From positions 1,504,001 through 1,568,000 of the forward strand of contig CBDDFZ010000001.1 in assembly GCA_965227515.1 (NCBI GenBank): a DNA stretch of 64,000 nt, read 5' to 3'. Under the pieces are notes generated by a model. It had not been told where the DNA came from and made no database searches. It saw only the letters and a list, made by a program, of their open reading frames with translations. Both the position numbers and the translations under genes were made by a program. The first letter of the stretch is position 1. Each line of letters starts with the position of its first letter. The stretch is from Alphaproteobacteria bacterium. Its GTDB lineage: Bacteria > Pseudomonadota > Alphaproteobacteria > CALKHQ01. Below, piece after piece: positions 35,577 to 45,488 of the stretch.

Positions 35577-36443
35577 ATGGCTGCCCTCAACGTGCTGCCG
35601 AACAAGACCGATGCCACGCGGCGCTACCTGCCGTGGATCATCTGCCTGATGGCCTATCTGGCCGCGCTGACGGTCGCCGGCATCCTGATGGTGGGCAATC
35701 TGCTGGAGGGCTGGCGGGCCGGGGTCTCCGGCGCGGTGAGCGTCGTGCTGCCGGTCGGCGACGATGGCGGGCCGGCGGCGGCCGAACGCCTGGCGGCGGT
35801 GCTGCGCGCGCGGGCCGACGTCGACAGTGCCGAGGTGATGGACGGCGCGGCATTGTCGGGCCTGATCGACACCTGGATCGACGGCGACATCGCGGCGATG
35901 GATCTGCCGCTGCCGACGGTGGTCGACGTCACGCTCGCCGATCCGCTGGACGATGGCGCGGCCCTGGCCGAGGCGGTTGCCGCCGAAGCACCGGCCGCGC
36001 GCGTCGACGTGCACCGGGACTGGCTTGCGCCGCTGGTCGACCTTGCCGGCTCGGTGCGCCTGATCGGCATGATCGTGGTCGTGCTGATCGCGTTGGCGGC
36101 GGCGGCGACGGTCGTTTTCACCACACGGGCCGGGCTGTCGATGCACCATATGGTGGTCGAGGTGCTGCACCATATCGGCGCGCAGGACCAGTTCATCGCG
36201 CGCCAGTTCCAGCGCCAGGCCTTCATGCTCGGCCTGCGCGGCAGCGTGTTCGGATGCCTGCTGGCGGTGCTGACGCTGGCGCTGCTGGCGGCGACCACCC
36301 GCTCCAGCGCGGCGGGGCTGGAGGAGGCGGCGATGCTGCCGTGGCAGTGGGGCCTGCTCGCCGTGGTGGCGGCCGCCGGTGCCGTGATGCCGATGATCAC
36401 CGCGCGGCTGACGGTCCTGCGCACCTTGGCACAGATGCCATAA
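35577..36443 (+). CDS. ftsX: cell division permease FtsX
   Basis: Follows ftsE; LPLPTVVDV and VEVLHHIGA..FIA motifs; 4 TM segments. Confidence 0.92.
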   Translation: MAALNVLPNKTDATRRYLPWIICLMAYLAALTVAGILMVGNLLEGWRAGVSGAVSVVLPVGDDGGPAAAERLAAVLRARADVDSAEVMDGAALSGLIDTWIDGDIAAMDLPLPTVVDVTLADPLDDGAALAEAVAAEAPAARVDVHRDWLAPLVDLAGSVRLIGMIVVVLIALAAAATVVFTTRAGLSMHHMVVEVLHHIGAQDQFIARQFQRQAFMLGLRGSVFGCLLAVLTLALLAATTRSSAAGLEEAAMLPWQWGLLAVVAAAGAVMPMITARLTVLRTLAQMP

Positions 36444-36494
36444 GTGGGGGCCCAGATGCCATGAGTGGGAGCGCAAATGCCATAAGCGGCGACC
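36432..36494 (+). repeat. 3 x 21-bp imperfect tandem repeat at the ftsX/plsC junction
   Basis: CAGATGCCATAAGTGGGGGCC / CAGATGCCATGAGTGGGAGCG / CAAATGCCATAAGCGGCGACC starting at 36432, 36453 and 36474. Confidence 0.85.
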
Positions 36495-37336
36495 CGGTCT
36501 TCTTCCGGCGGCGGACGGGCATCTGGCGGCTGGTGCAGGCGGCGCGCTGCGTCGCCTTCTACCTGGTCAGCGTGATCTGGACGGTGGTGCTGGGCGTCTT
36601 CTACATCGTGCTGTTCGCGATGCCGCGCCGCTACATGCAGAATTGCGGCGCCTTTCACAGCCTGGGGCTGCTGGTGATCCTGAAATGGTGCGCCGGGCTG
36701 AGCCTGGATGTGCGCGGGCTGGAGAACGTGCCGCGCGGCGCCTGCATCATCGCCGCCAAGCACCAGTCGGCGCTTGAGACGATCAGGATGGCGACGGTGC
36801 TGGACCGGCCCGCCTACGTGCTCAAGCGCTCGCTGTTCAAGATCCCGATTTTCGGCTGGTATCTGAAGGCGTGCGGCCAGATCGGCATCGACCGGTCGGC
36901 GGGCGCCAAGGCGCTGCGCCAGATCGTGGCCGATGCCCAGTGGGTCATAAAGGATGAACGGCCGATCATCATTTTTCCGGAGGGGACCAGGGTCCCGCCG
37001 GGCGAGCGTCGCCGGTTCCAGGTCGGCGTGGAGGCGCTGTACGAGCGGCTCGGCCTGCCGGTGGTCCCCGTGGCGCTCAACACCGGCCTGTTCTGGCCGC
37101 GCGAGTCGTTCATCAAATGGCCAGGCCGGCCGATCATGGAGTTCCTGCCGCCGATGCCGCCGGGGCTGGATCGGGCCACCTTTCGCGCGCGTCTCTACGA
37201 CGAGATCAACACCGCCAGCGAGCGGCTGCCGGGGGTCGCACGACTTATCCAGGCCGGTGGTGCCGAAGCTGTGGATAACTCGGTGGAGAAAACACGTGCG
37301 GCACCGCAGCACGGGGCCGACAGCGCATCCATGTGA
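36461..37336 (+). CDS. plsC: 1-acyl-sn-glycerol-3-phosphate acyltransferase
   Basis: KHQSALET, FPEGTR and PVVPVALNTG motifs; start uncertain. Confidence 0.9.
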   Translation: MSGSANAISGDPVFFRRRTGIWRLVQAARCVAFYLVSVIWTVVLGVFYIVLFAMPRRYMQNCGAFHSLGLLVILKWCAGLSLDVRGLENVPRGACIIAAKHQSALETIRMATVLDRPAYVLKRSLFKIPIFGWYLKACGQIGIDRSAGAKALRQIVADAQWVIKDERPIIIFPEGTRVPPGERRRFQVGVEALYERLGLPVVPVALNTGLFWPRESFIKWPGRPIMEFLPPMPPGLDRATFRARLYDEINTASERLPGVARLIQAGGAEAVDNSVEKTRAAPQHGADSASM

Positions 37337-37570
37337 TCCGGGGCATGACTCCCGGCGGATGGGAACGGGTGCCGTGGGGCCTCCGCATACGATCGGATTA
37401 ATCTTTTAATTTCATACAATTAGAAGATAACAGTGAAAGTGGTTGTTGCGGACGAAGCGGCTAGATGACTGTTTATTGACCGTATTGTTAAAGTGTTAAC
37501 GCGCGGGTTTCCGCACAGTGCACAACTTTGCGCCACAGTGCCGCACTCAGGTGGCAAATCGTTAACGCGA
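37245..37570. other. candidate replication origin / DnaA-box cluster
   Basis: Perfect DnaA box TGTGGATAA (37270-37278), 7/9 boxes at 37245 and 37282, AT-rich tract about 37397-37500, GTTAACGCG twice. Confidence 0.45.
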
Positions 37571-37607
37571 TGGACAGGTCTTGGCACGGTCGCGGCAGCC
37601 CATTCCG

Positions 37608-38168
37608 TCACTCTCTTGAGACGGTTTCGGCGTCCTCCACCATGCGCACCAGGGTGCCCAGCTTGCCGGTGCACGCACCGATCTCCTCGATGTGGCGGAC
37701 GGTGTTGACCAGGTAGTCGCGGCACGATCCGCGCTCGCCGTGGCCCTGGCGTATCAGCCGGGCGGTAACGGCAAGGTCCAGCCGGCCCGTGTACTGGCGG
37801 TGGCTGCGGTCGACCACGAAGGTGATGGCCCGCACCCGGCGACCGTCGTGGTCGTGCAGGCCCAGATTCACCATCGTCGGCTTGTAGACGTTGGTGATCA
37901 TCTCCCGCTCCCAGAGATATTCGCGGATCGGCGGGAACTTTTCCGGGTCGACGCGATAGGCTACACCCTGGCACATGCCGCCCCGGTCCAGCCCCAGCAC
38001 AAGGCCGGGCTGCTCCTCGGTGCCGCGGTACCGGTAGGAATAGACGCAAAACGCCCTATGATAGCCATATGCGGTGGCGCGAACGGCATCGGCATAGTCG
38101 AAGCCTGGATTCCACATCAGCGACCCGTAGGCGAATATCCATATTTCCGACTGTTTTTGGGTCATCAT
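37608..38168 (-). CDS. chaC: ChaC-family glutathione-specific gamma-glutamylcyclotransferase
   Basis: WIFAYGSLMW, RGT...PGLVLGL and YLWERE motifs. Confidence 0.92.
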   Translation of the reverse strand: MMTQKQSEIWIFAYGSLMWNPGFDYADAVRATAYGYHRAFCVYSYRYRGTEEQPGLVLGLDRGGMCQGVAYRVDPEKFPPIREYLWEREMITNVYKPTMVNLGLHDHDGRRVRAITFVVDRSHRQYTGRLDLAVTARLIRQGHGERGSCRDYLVNTVRHIEEIGACTGKLGTLVRMVEDAETVSRE

Positions 38169-38323
38169 CTGCCATATAGGGCGGCGCTTGGCGCGCCGGA
38201 ACGGTGCAATACAGGTGCCAATGGCGCGGGCGCCGACAGCAGGTTGCCCAACGCCGCGTGGGAGAGCGTTCGATCGTTCGGTATGGACAGAGTGGGCAGC
38301 ATGGCCAGGGTGGATAGCGCGCG

Positions 38324-39430
38324 ATGAGCGTCGATGCCAGCCCCCAGGATGCGGGCGCCCGGGCAATGCGCCCGAGATCGCGGACGCGCCGGCGCTTGAA
38401 GCGTTGGACGTTGGGCCTGACCGTGGCGCTGTGCGTCCTCTATGTCGGTTACTGGTTCTACCTGGCGAGCGAGCTGCGGCGGTTCGTGGAGGGGTGGATC
38501 GAGGACCAGCGCGCCAACGGCGTCGTCGTTGAGCACGGCACCATCGACGTCGACGGCTTCCCGCTCACGGTCCGCGCCGACATTCCACACCCGTCGATCA
38601 CCGCGCCGCAGCCGGACCAGACCCTGAGTTGGCAGGCCGAGAGCCTGGCGATCTCGTTCCCGCCGTGGGACTTCTTCACCTACACGTTCGAGATGCCGGG
38701 CCGGCATGTGGTGACCGGTGGACCGCCGGAAGCCCCGACGACATTGTCGGTGGATGCCGAAAGCGCCAGCGGGGTGTGGTCGATGGGCAGCGGCGACGTC
38801 GCTGGCCAGTTGCGCCTGATGGTGTCGGGCGTCGCTGCCCGCGATGAATTTGGCCTGACCGCCGAGCTTGCCGACGGCGAGGGCGTGCTGACGTTCTTGG
38901 CGCCGGCGGAGCCGCAGCCGGACTCCGAACTCGCAACGGTCGACATTCGTCTCGCCGGGCTGCAACTGCCCGAAACGGTGGAGACGCCGTTCGGCCCCAC
39001 CATCGCCGCCGCCAATGCGGACGTGCGCTATGCCGGGCCGGTGCTGCCGGATAGCCTGGAACTGCTGTTCGTGATCCTGCGCGATTTCGGCGGGCAGGTG
39101 CGCATCGCCGATCTGGCGCTGGACTGGGGCGACCTGAAGCTGCAATCGAGCGGCGCGCTTTCCATCGACCAGACCAACCACCTCGCCGGGCCGGTCGACC
39201 TGCGCATCGAGGGCCACGATGTGCTGATCCAGAGCCTGCAGGACGCGGGCGTGATCAACGGCATGGAAGCGTTCGGCATGAACGCGGTCGCCGGCGGGCT
39301 GGTGCGCGAGGATGAGGCCGGTACCCCCGGCGTCGAGGCCGAAATCCTGATGCAGGACGGCGAATTGCGGGTTGGCGGCATGCCGGTGATGGAGATGCCG
39401 CCGCTGATCGAACCACCGCTGACGCAGTAG
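38324..39430 (+). CDS. DUF2125 domain protein
   Basis: N-terminal TM with YWF..A, VDGFPL motif; divergent from chaC; start may be 38366. Confidence 0.8.
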   Translation: MSVDASPQDAGARAMRPRSRTRRRLKRWTLGLTVALCVLYVGYWFYLASELRRFVEGWIEDQRANGVVVEHGTIDVDGFPLTVRADIPHPSITAPQPDQTLSWQAESLAISFPPWDFFTYTFEMPGRHVVTGGPPEAPTTLSVDAESASGVWSMGSGDVAGQLRLMVSGVAARDEFGLTAELADGEGVLTFLAPAEPQPDSELATVDIRLAGLQLPETVETPFGPTIAAANADVRYAGPVLPDSLELLFVILRDFGGQVRIADLALDWGDLKLQSSGALSIDQTNHLAGPVDLRIEGHDVLIQSLQDAGVINGMEAFGMNAVAGGLVREDEAGTPGVEAEILMQDGELRVGGMPVMEMPPLIEPPLTQ

Positions 39431-39445
39431 CCGCCCTGGCGATGG

Positions 39446-40312
39446 CTAGGCCGCGGCCTGCGTCCGGCTCGCCAGCCATGTTTCGCAGCACGCCTTGGCC
39501 AGCGCGCGCACCCGGCCGATGTAGGACTGGCGCTCGGCGACCGAGATCACGCCGCGTGCGTCCAGCAGGTTGAAGGTGTGGCTCGCCTTGATGCACTGGT
39601 CGTAGGCCGGCAGGGCGAGTTTGGCCTCCACCAGCTTCTGGCAGTTGGTCTCCGCATCCTCGAAATGGCGGAACAGGATCGCGGTGTCGGCGTGGTCGAA
39701 GTTGAAGTGCGAGTATTCGACCTCGGCCTGCTTGAACACGTCGCCGTACTTGGCGCCGGCGCCGTTGAAGTCCAGGTCGTAGACGTTCTCCACCCCCTGC
39801 ACGTACATCGCCAGCCGCTCCAGCCCATAGGTCAGCTCGGTTGAGACCGGGTCGCATTCGATGCCGCCGACCTGCTGGAAATAGGTGTACTGCGACACCT
39901 CCATGCCGTCGCACCACACCTCCCAGCCCAGGCCCCAGGCCCCCAGCGTCGGGCTCTCCCAGTCGTCCTCAACGAAGCGGATGTCGTGGGCCAGCGGGTC
40001 GATGCCCAGCGCCGCCAAACTGTCCAGGTAGAGCTGCTGGCTCTCGGCGGGCGAGGGCTTCAGGATCACCTGGAACTGATAGTAGTGCTGCAGCCGGTTC
40101 GGGTTCTCGCCATAGCGGCCGTCGGTCGGCCGGCGCGAGGGCTGCACGTAGGCCGCCTTCCACGGCTCAGGCCCCAGCGCGCGCAGGGTGGTCGCCGGGT
40201 GGAAGGTGCCGGCGCCGACCTCCATGTCATAGGGCTGCAGGATGACGCACCCCTGGTCGGCCCAGAAGTGCTGCAGGCGCAGGATCAGGTCCTGAAACGA
40301 CGGCGCGGCCAT
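39446..40312 (-). CDS. glyQ: glycine--tRNA ligase alpha subunit
   Basis: [37 protein letters not shown] and [10 protein letters not shown] motifs. Confidence 0.98.
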   Translation of the reverse strand: MAAPSFQDLILRLQHFWADQGCVILQPYDMEVGAGTFHPATTLRALGPEPWKAAYVQPSRRPTDGRYGENPNRLQHYYQFQVILKPSPAESQQLYLDSLAALGIDPLAHDIRFVEDDWESPTLGAWGLGWEVWCDGMEVSQYTYFQQVGGIECDPVSTELTYGLERLAMYVQGVENVYDLDFNGAGAKYGDVFKQAEVEYSHFNFDHADTAILFRHFEDAETNCQKLVEAKLALPAYDQCIKASHTFNLLDARGVISVAERQSYIGRVRALAKACCETWLASRTQAAA

Positions 40313-40328
40313 GATCTCGTATCCGGTT

Positions 40329-40580
40329 TTAGAAGGGGCAGTCGTTGCGGGCGCACGAGCCGCCATTCGGGTCGACATAGACACCGCAGACCTTGCACTG
40401 GGTCAAGTCGGCAGAGCCCGGACGGGGCGCGGCCTGTTGTTTTTGCGGCGGCGGGGCGGCATCGCGGGCGCGCGCAACGGCGGAGGCCAAATCCTTGGCC
40501 TTCTTGTCGAAGCCCTTGTAGGCGGCGAACACGACCACCGCCACCACGATGATGATGAAGACGTTCCAGAACGACAGCAT
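40329..40580 (-). CDS. small membrane protein with Cys-rich C-terminus
   Basis: N-terminal [18 protein letters not shown]; directly upstream of glyQ. Confidence 0.75.
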   Translation of the reverse strand: MLSFWNVFIIIVVAVVVFAAYKGFDKKAKDLASAVARARDAAPPPQKQQAAPRPGSADLTQCKVCGVYVDPNGGSCARNDCPF

Positions 40581-40664
40581 GGCCCGAGTTTATAGCGGTT
40601 GCGCGGGGCCGCCAATGCGACCCTTGGGATTCCAGGCTCAATTTGTACAAAGTCAACTAAAGCC

Positions 40665-40739
40665 GTCATGCCCGCACTTGTTGCGGGCATCCACGTCTAT
40701 GGGGCCGCCGATGCCAAGTCGTGGATGCCCGGGCATGAC
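40665..40739. repeat. palindromic repeat family C (one arm shortened)
   Basis: GTCATGCCCGCACTTGTTGCGGGCATCCAC..GTGGATGCCCGGGCATGAC; left arm identical to the 25101 copy. Confidence 0.85.
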
Positions 40740-40802
40740 GAGGTGCAAGGAATGCAAGCCCACCGCCGCACTTTGTGGCCTTGGGTCCAGCGGTCGCGAA
40801 CC

Positions 40803-41648
40803 TTACAACCCGTAGCGGCTCCACATCGCACGGTCGTCCAGTTCGGCGGCGATGCGGTCCACCGCGTCGAGCGCGCCGCCCGAGATGCTGGCCGAGGCGC
40901 CGAACGGCCAGCGCCGGCGGCGGCGCGGCGGGTTGACCAGCCGCAGCCGCACCTTCTTGCCCAGCTTCTGGCGCATCACGCCGCGCAGGTCGCCGATGCC
41001 GTCGATCAACCCCATCTCCAGCGCCTTGTGGCCGGCCCAGAACGCGCCGCTGAACATCTCCGCCTCGCTGCCCTTCAAAGCGTCGCCGCGCCGGGACTTG
41101 ACGTGGTCGATGAAGGCGCGGTGGATCTCGCCCTGCACGTGGCGCAAATGGCCGATGTCGTCTTCGCGCTCGGGCACGAACGGGTCCAGGATCGCCTTGC
41201 GCTCGCCGGCCGTGTGGGTGCGGCGCTCGATGCCGAGCTTGGCGATCAGGTCGACGAAGCCGAAGCTGGAGTAGACCACACCGATCGAGCCCAGGATCGA
41301 GCTGGCGTCGGCATAAACCTCGTCGGCGGCGAGCGCCAGCCAGTAGCCGCCCGATGCCGCCACGTCCTCGCAGAAGGCATAGACCTTGAGGTCCTTCTCC
41401 TCGGCGCGGGCGCGGATCCGCGAAGCGATCAGCGACGACTGCACGGGCGAGCCGCCGGGTGAGTTGATGAGCAATGCCACTGCCGCGGCGCGCTTGGTCT
41501 TGAACGCGCGCTCGATGGGCCGGGCGAGGTCGGCCAGCGACAGCGCGGCACGGCGGGTCGACATGCCGCGCCCAATCACGCCCTCCAGGCGCAGAACGGG
41601 CACGACCGGCGGGGCAGGCTCGCCACGCAGGCGCGAGATTAAGGACAT
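40803..41648 (-). CDS. S49 (SppA-like) peptidase
   Basis: INSPGGSPVQS, DVAASGGYWLA and GSIGV motifs. Confidence 0.93.
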   Translation of the reverse strand: MSLISRLRGEPAPPVVPVLRLEGVIGRGMSTRRAALSLADLARPIERAFKTKRAAAVALLINSPGGSPVQSSLIASRIRARAEEKDLKVYAFCEDVAASGGYWLALAADEVYADASSILGSIGVVYSSFGFVDLIAKLGIERRTHTAGERKAILDPFVPEREDDIGHLRHVQGEIHRAFIDHVKSRRGDALKGSEAEMFSGAFWAGHKALEMGLIDGIGDLRGVMRQKLGKKVRLRLVNPPRRRRRWPFGASASISGGALDAVDRIAAELDDRAMWSRYGL

Positions 41649-41761
41649 GCCGGACCGGGATTTGTTGGGAAGAGATCGGATGTGCGTTGCATGAACCTCT
41701 GTTATGGGGTGCGGGTGGCCGATTTTCCAGTGCCAGCGCACCACATCCGGGCCAACACGCC

Positions 41762-43051
41762 GTGAACCGACCGCCTGCCGCACATCCGCCGTCCTACTAC
41801 GCGGCGACCGCCAATGACGCCACGCGCCACGCGCGGCTGGCGGGCGACGTGCGCGCCGATGTCTGCGTGATCGGTGGCGGGTTCACCGGGGTGTCGAGCG
41901 CGCTCTGCCTCGCCGAGCGCGGCTATCGGGTGGTGCTGCTGGAGGCTGAGCGCATCGGCTGGGGCGCATCCGGCCGCAATGGCGGCCAGGCCGGCAGCGG
42001 CCAGCGCCGGGGGCAGACGGAACTGGAGCGGATCGTCGGCCGCGACCGCGCGCGGGCGATGTGGGATCTGGCGGAGGCGGCCAAGGCCGAGGTGAAGGAC
42101 CGGATCGCGCGCCACGCCATCGCCTGCGACTGGAAGCCCGGCATCATGAACGTGGCGCACAAGCGGCGCTACACCGCCGAACTGCACGAGGAGGCGGACT
42201 GGCTGGCGCGGCAGTACGACTGCACCTATTTGCAGCCGCTGTCGCCGACAGAGGTCGCCGAGCGGCTCGGTGCGCGGGGATATCATGGCGGCGTACTGGA
42301 CTCCGATGCCGGCCATCTGCATCCGCTGAACTTCGCGCTCGGACTGGCCCGCGCGGCGGTCGAGGCCGGCGCCGTGCTGCACGAGGAAAGTGCGGTCATC
42401 GCCATCCGGCGCGAGGGCGGCCGGCACGTGGTGGCGACCGCCGGCGGCACGGTCAGCGCCGATAATGTCGTGGTCGCCTGCAACGGCTATCTCGGCGATC
42501 TGATGCCGCCGCTGGCCGGGCGGATCATGCCGATCAACAACTTCATCGCCACCACTGCACCATTGGACGAGGCGGCGGCGCGCGCCCTGATCCGGGACGA
42601 TGTCGCGGTCGCCGACACCCGCTTCGTCGTCTACTACTACCGGCTGACCGCCGACCGGCGGATGTTGTTCGGCGGCGGCGAGACCTATCGCCGGACCTTC
42701 CCCGACGATATCGCCGGCCTGGTCCGCCGGCACCTGACACAGGTGTTTCCGCAACTGACGGATGCGCCGCTCAGCCATGCCTGGGGCGGCACGCTGGCGG
42801 TGACCGCGCGGCGAATGCCGGTGTTCGGGCGCACGCCCGACGGGCTCTATTACGCGCTGGGCTATTCCGGCCACGGGGTGGCGCTGTCGACCCTGGCCGG
42901 CCGGCTGATCGCCGAGGCCGTGGCCGGCGCGGCGGAGCGCTTCGACGTTATGGCCGACTTCCCGCAGCCGCGCTTTCCCGGCGGCACGCTGTTGCGCTGG
43001 CCGCTGATGGCCTCGGCGATGCTGTGGTACAGCCTCAGGGATAGGGTTTAG
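41762..43051 (+). CDS. FAD-dependent oxidoreductase, gamma-glutamylputrescine oxidase (PuuB)-like
   Basis: SYYAATA, GGGFTG, GASGRNGG, HLHPLN and GYSGHGV motifs; GTG start. Confidence 0.88.
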   Translation: MNRPPAAHPPSYYAATANDATRHARLAGDVRADVCVIGGGFTGVSSALCLAERGYRVVLLEAERIGWGASGRNGGQAGSGQRRGQTELERIVGRDRARAMWDLAEAAKAEVKDRIARHAIACDWKPGIMNVAHKRRYTAELHEEADWLARQYDCTYLQPLSPTEVAERLGARGYHGGVLDSDAGHLHPLNFALGLARAAVEAGAVLHEESAVIAIRREGGRHVVATAGGTVSADNVVVACNGYLGDLMPPLAGRIMPINNFIATTAPLDEAAARALIRDDVAVADTRFVVYYYRLTADRRMLFGGGETYRRTFPDDIAGLVRRHLTQVFPQLTDAPLSHAWGGTLAVTARRMPVFGRTPDGLYYALGYSGHGVALSTLAGRLIAEAVAGAAERFDVMADFPQPRFPGGTLLRWPLMASAMLWYSLRDRV

Positions 43052-43073
43052 CGCCAACCCTCTAACACACACC

Positions 43074-43182
43074 GTCATGGTCGGACTTGTGGAGCCTGTC
43101 CTCGGACTTGATCCGAGGAGCCATCCACGAATTGCGGCGCCGGTCTAAAGACGTGGATGCTCGGGACAAGCCCGAGCATGAC
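43074..43182. repeat. palindromic repeat family C
   Basis: Near reverse complement of 18599-18713; between convergent genes. Confidence 0.85.
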
Positions 43183-43208
43183 GACGAGAGGATGGCGGCC
43201 ACGATCCC

Positions 43209-44576
43209 CTAATACGCATACTCGCTGAACAGCGGGTCGACGGAGTGGCCCCAGCGGGTCTCGTAGGCGTCGAGCTTGCGCTCGGCGGGCGTCAGGCCGG
43301 ACTCGACGATGTCCCACAACGGCTCCAGGAACACGGTCTCGTCGCGGCCGAAGCCGTCGCGCCGCTGCCGCGCCTTCAGGCCGTCGGCGGCGATGTTCAG
43401 CACCTCGCGGGCGATGTCGCGGACGTGGGTGCCGGCGACCTCGGCGTGCAGGCCCTCGCGCGGCACCGCTGCCCGCAAATGCTCCCGCTGCTCTGCCGAC
43501 CAGTCCTTCACCAGCGACCATGCGGCGGACTGCGCGGCGCTGTCGTAAAGCAGCCCGACCCACAAGGCCGGCAGGGCGCAGATGCGCTTCCACGGGCCGC
43601 CATCGGCGCCGCGCATCTCCAGGAACTTCTTCAGGCGCACATCGGGGAACAGGGTGGTCAGATGGTTCGACCAGTCGCCCAGGGTGGGCCGCCGGCCCGG
43701 CAGCGCCGGCAAATTGCCATCCAGGAAGTCGCGGAACGACTGGCCGGAGGCGTCAACATAGCCCGCGCCGTCGTAGACGAAGTACATCGGCACATCGAGC
43801 GCGTAGTCGACCCAGCGCTCATAGCCGAACCCGTCCTCGAACGCGAACGGCAGGCCGCCGGTGCGGTCCGGGTCGGTGTCGGTCCAGATCTGGCCGCGGT
43901 AGCTCAGGAAGCCGTTGGGCTTGCCCTCGGTGAAGGGCGAGCTGGCGAAAAGCGCGGTGGCGATCGGCTGCAGCGCCAGCCCGATGCGCATCTTCTCCAC
44001 CATGTCGGCCTCGGACGAGAAGTCCAGGTTCACCTGCACCGTGCAGGTGCGCAGCATCATGTCGAGGCCCAGGCTGCCCTTCTTGGGCATGTACGCGCGC
44101 ATGATCTTGTAGCGGCCCTTCGGCATCCAGGGGATGTCCTCGCGCGCCCATTTCGGGTTGAAGCCGAGGCCGATCATGGCGATGCCCAGGGGCTCGGTCA
44201 CCGCGCGCACCTGCTCCAGGTGCTTGTGCACTTCCTCGCAGGTGTTCTGGATGTTGCGCAGCGGCGCGCCGCTCAGTTCGAACTGCCCGCCGGGTTCCAG
44301 CGACACCGATGACCCGTCCGGGTCGGTCAGCGCGATGATGTTCTCACCCTCGTGGACTGGTTTCCAACCATACTGGGTCAGGCCCTCCAGGATGGCGCGG
44401 ATGCCGCGCGGCCCGTCATAGGGGACCGGGCGCAGGTCGTCGGTGGTGAACGCGAACTTCTCGTGCTCGGTACCGATCCGCCAGTCCTCGATCGGCTTCT
44501 CGCCCGACGCGATATAGGCGACGAGCTCATCCTTGCTGGCGATCTCGTGCGTGTCGGTTTGTGGAACCGCGGTCAT
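43209..44576 (-). CDS. gshA: glutamate--cysteine ligase
   Basis: [34 protein letters not shown] and LEMRGADGG motifs. Confidence 0.96.
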   Translation of the reverse strand: MTAVPQTDTHEIASKDELVAYIASGEKPIEDWRIGTEHEKFAFTTDDLRPVPYDGPRGIRAILEGLTQYGWKPVHEGENIIALTDPDGSSVSLEPGGQFELSGAPLRNIQNTCEEVHKHLEQVRAVTEPLGIAMIGLGFNPKWAREDIPWMPKGRYKIMRAYMPKKGSLGLDMMLRTCTVQVNLDFSSEADMVEKMRIGLALQPIATALFASSPFTEGKPNGFLSYRGQIWTDTDPDRTGGLPFAFEDGFGYERWVDYALDVPMYFVYDGAGYVDASGQSFRDFLDGNLPALPGRRPTLGDWSNHLTTLFPDVRLKKFLEMRGADGGPWKRICALPALWVGLLYDSAAQSAAWSLVKDWSAEQREHLRAAVPREGLHAEVAGTHVRDIAREVLNIAADGLKARQRRDGFGRDETVFLEPLWDIVESGLTPAERKLDAYETRWGHSVDPLFSEYAY

Positions 44577-44684
44577 AAGCAGGAGTCCTCCCCAGGTCCG
44601 GCCACAGCACCGGCGCGGTCTTTATTGTGGGCCTGTGGGAATGCGCCGATGCGGCGCGGGCCCGGATAGATAGCGACAGCGCCG

Positions 44685-45425
44685 TCAGCGGTGCCAGTCG
44701 CCTGCAATCGCTTGCCAACATGCCAGCGCCGCGATGGCCGCGGTCTCGGCGCGCAGGATGCGCGGCCCGAGGTCGACAGGCCAAACAAAGGGCAGTGATC
44801 GCAGCAGGTCAAGCTCGTCCGGCGCGAAGCCGCCCTCGGGTCCGATCAACAGTGTGACCGGGCGCACATCGGTCCCCCGCGCAGTCTCCTGTGCCACGTC
44901 CGCAAGCGGCCGGCCGCCGCCGGTTTCGTCGGCCCAGATGACGGTGCGGTCCGACGCGGCGTCCAGCCACGCCGCCAGTGGCGCGGGATCGGCGATATCG
45001 GGCACGGACTGCCGGCCGCACTGCTCGGCGGCGGCGCGGGCGATGGCGGCCAGCCGGTCGGTGCGCACGTCGCCGCCCTGGGTGCGGGCGGTGACAACCG
45101 GTGTCAGCCGCGCGACACCCAGCTCGGCCGCCTTCTCGATCATCACCTCGAGTCGCTGGCGGCGAATCGGCGCGAAGGCGAGCCCCACGGATCCCGCCGG
45201 TTGCTGGTCGGCGACCCGCGCCTCGATCTCGATCGTAACGCCGCGCTTCTCGACGGCGGCGATCCGCCCGCGCCACTCACCGTCGCGCCCGTTGAACACG
45301 CCGACTTCGTCGCCCACCGCCAGCCGCAGCACGTTGCGCAGATGGTGCGGATCGGGTGCCGCCAGCCGCGCGCCCTGGTGCAGGTCGTCATCGGTGTGGA
45401 TGCGGGTCTTCACGCTTGGCGGCAT
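44685..45425 (-). CDS. rsmE: 16S rRNA m3U1498 methyltransferase
   Basis: HHLRNVLR, EKAAELGV, LIGPEGG and LGPRILRAETA motifs. Confidence 0.95.
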   Translation of the reverse strand: MPPSVKTRIHTDDDLHQGARLAAPDPHHLRNVLRLAVGDEVGVFNGRDGEWRGRIAAVEKRGVTIEIEARVADQQPAGSVGLAFAPIRRQRLEVMIEKAAELGVARLTPVVTARTQGGDVRTDRLAAIARAAAEQCGRQSVPDIADPAPLAAWLDAASDRTVIWADETGGGRPLADVAQETARGTDVRPVTLLIGPEGGFAPDELDLLRSLPFVWPVDLGPRILRAETAAIAALACWQAIAGDWHR

Positions 45426-45488
45426 GGTGACGCCGTGTCAGGGTGCGCCGGCTGCATTGCAAGCCCGCCCTGCCAACCGATTGCCATC

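Noticed and set aside
35633-36460. 567-aa extended PlsC
   Set aside because: The extension is an Arg/Gly-rich off-frame reading of ftsX.
36432-36494. 21-bp repeats as a mini-CRISPR or iterons
   Set aside because: The units are directly adjacent with no spacers, and there is no cas or rep gene.
37397-37500. Full CtrA boxes in the origin candidate
   Set aside because: The TTAA pairs are spaced by 4 nt (TTAATCTTTTAA, TTAAAGTGTTAA), not 7; only half-sites are supported.
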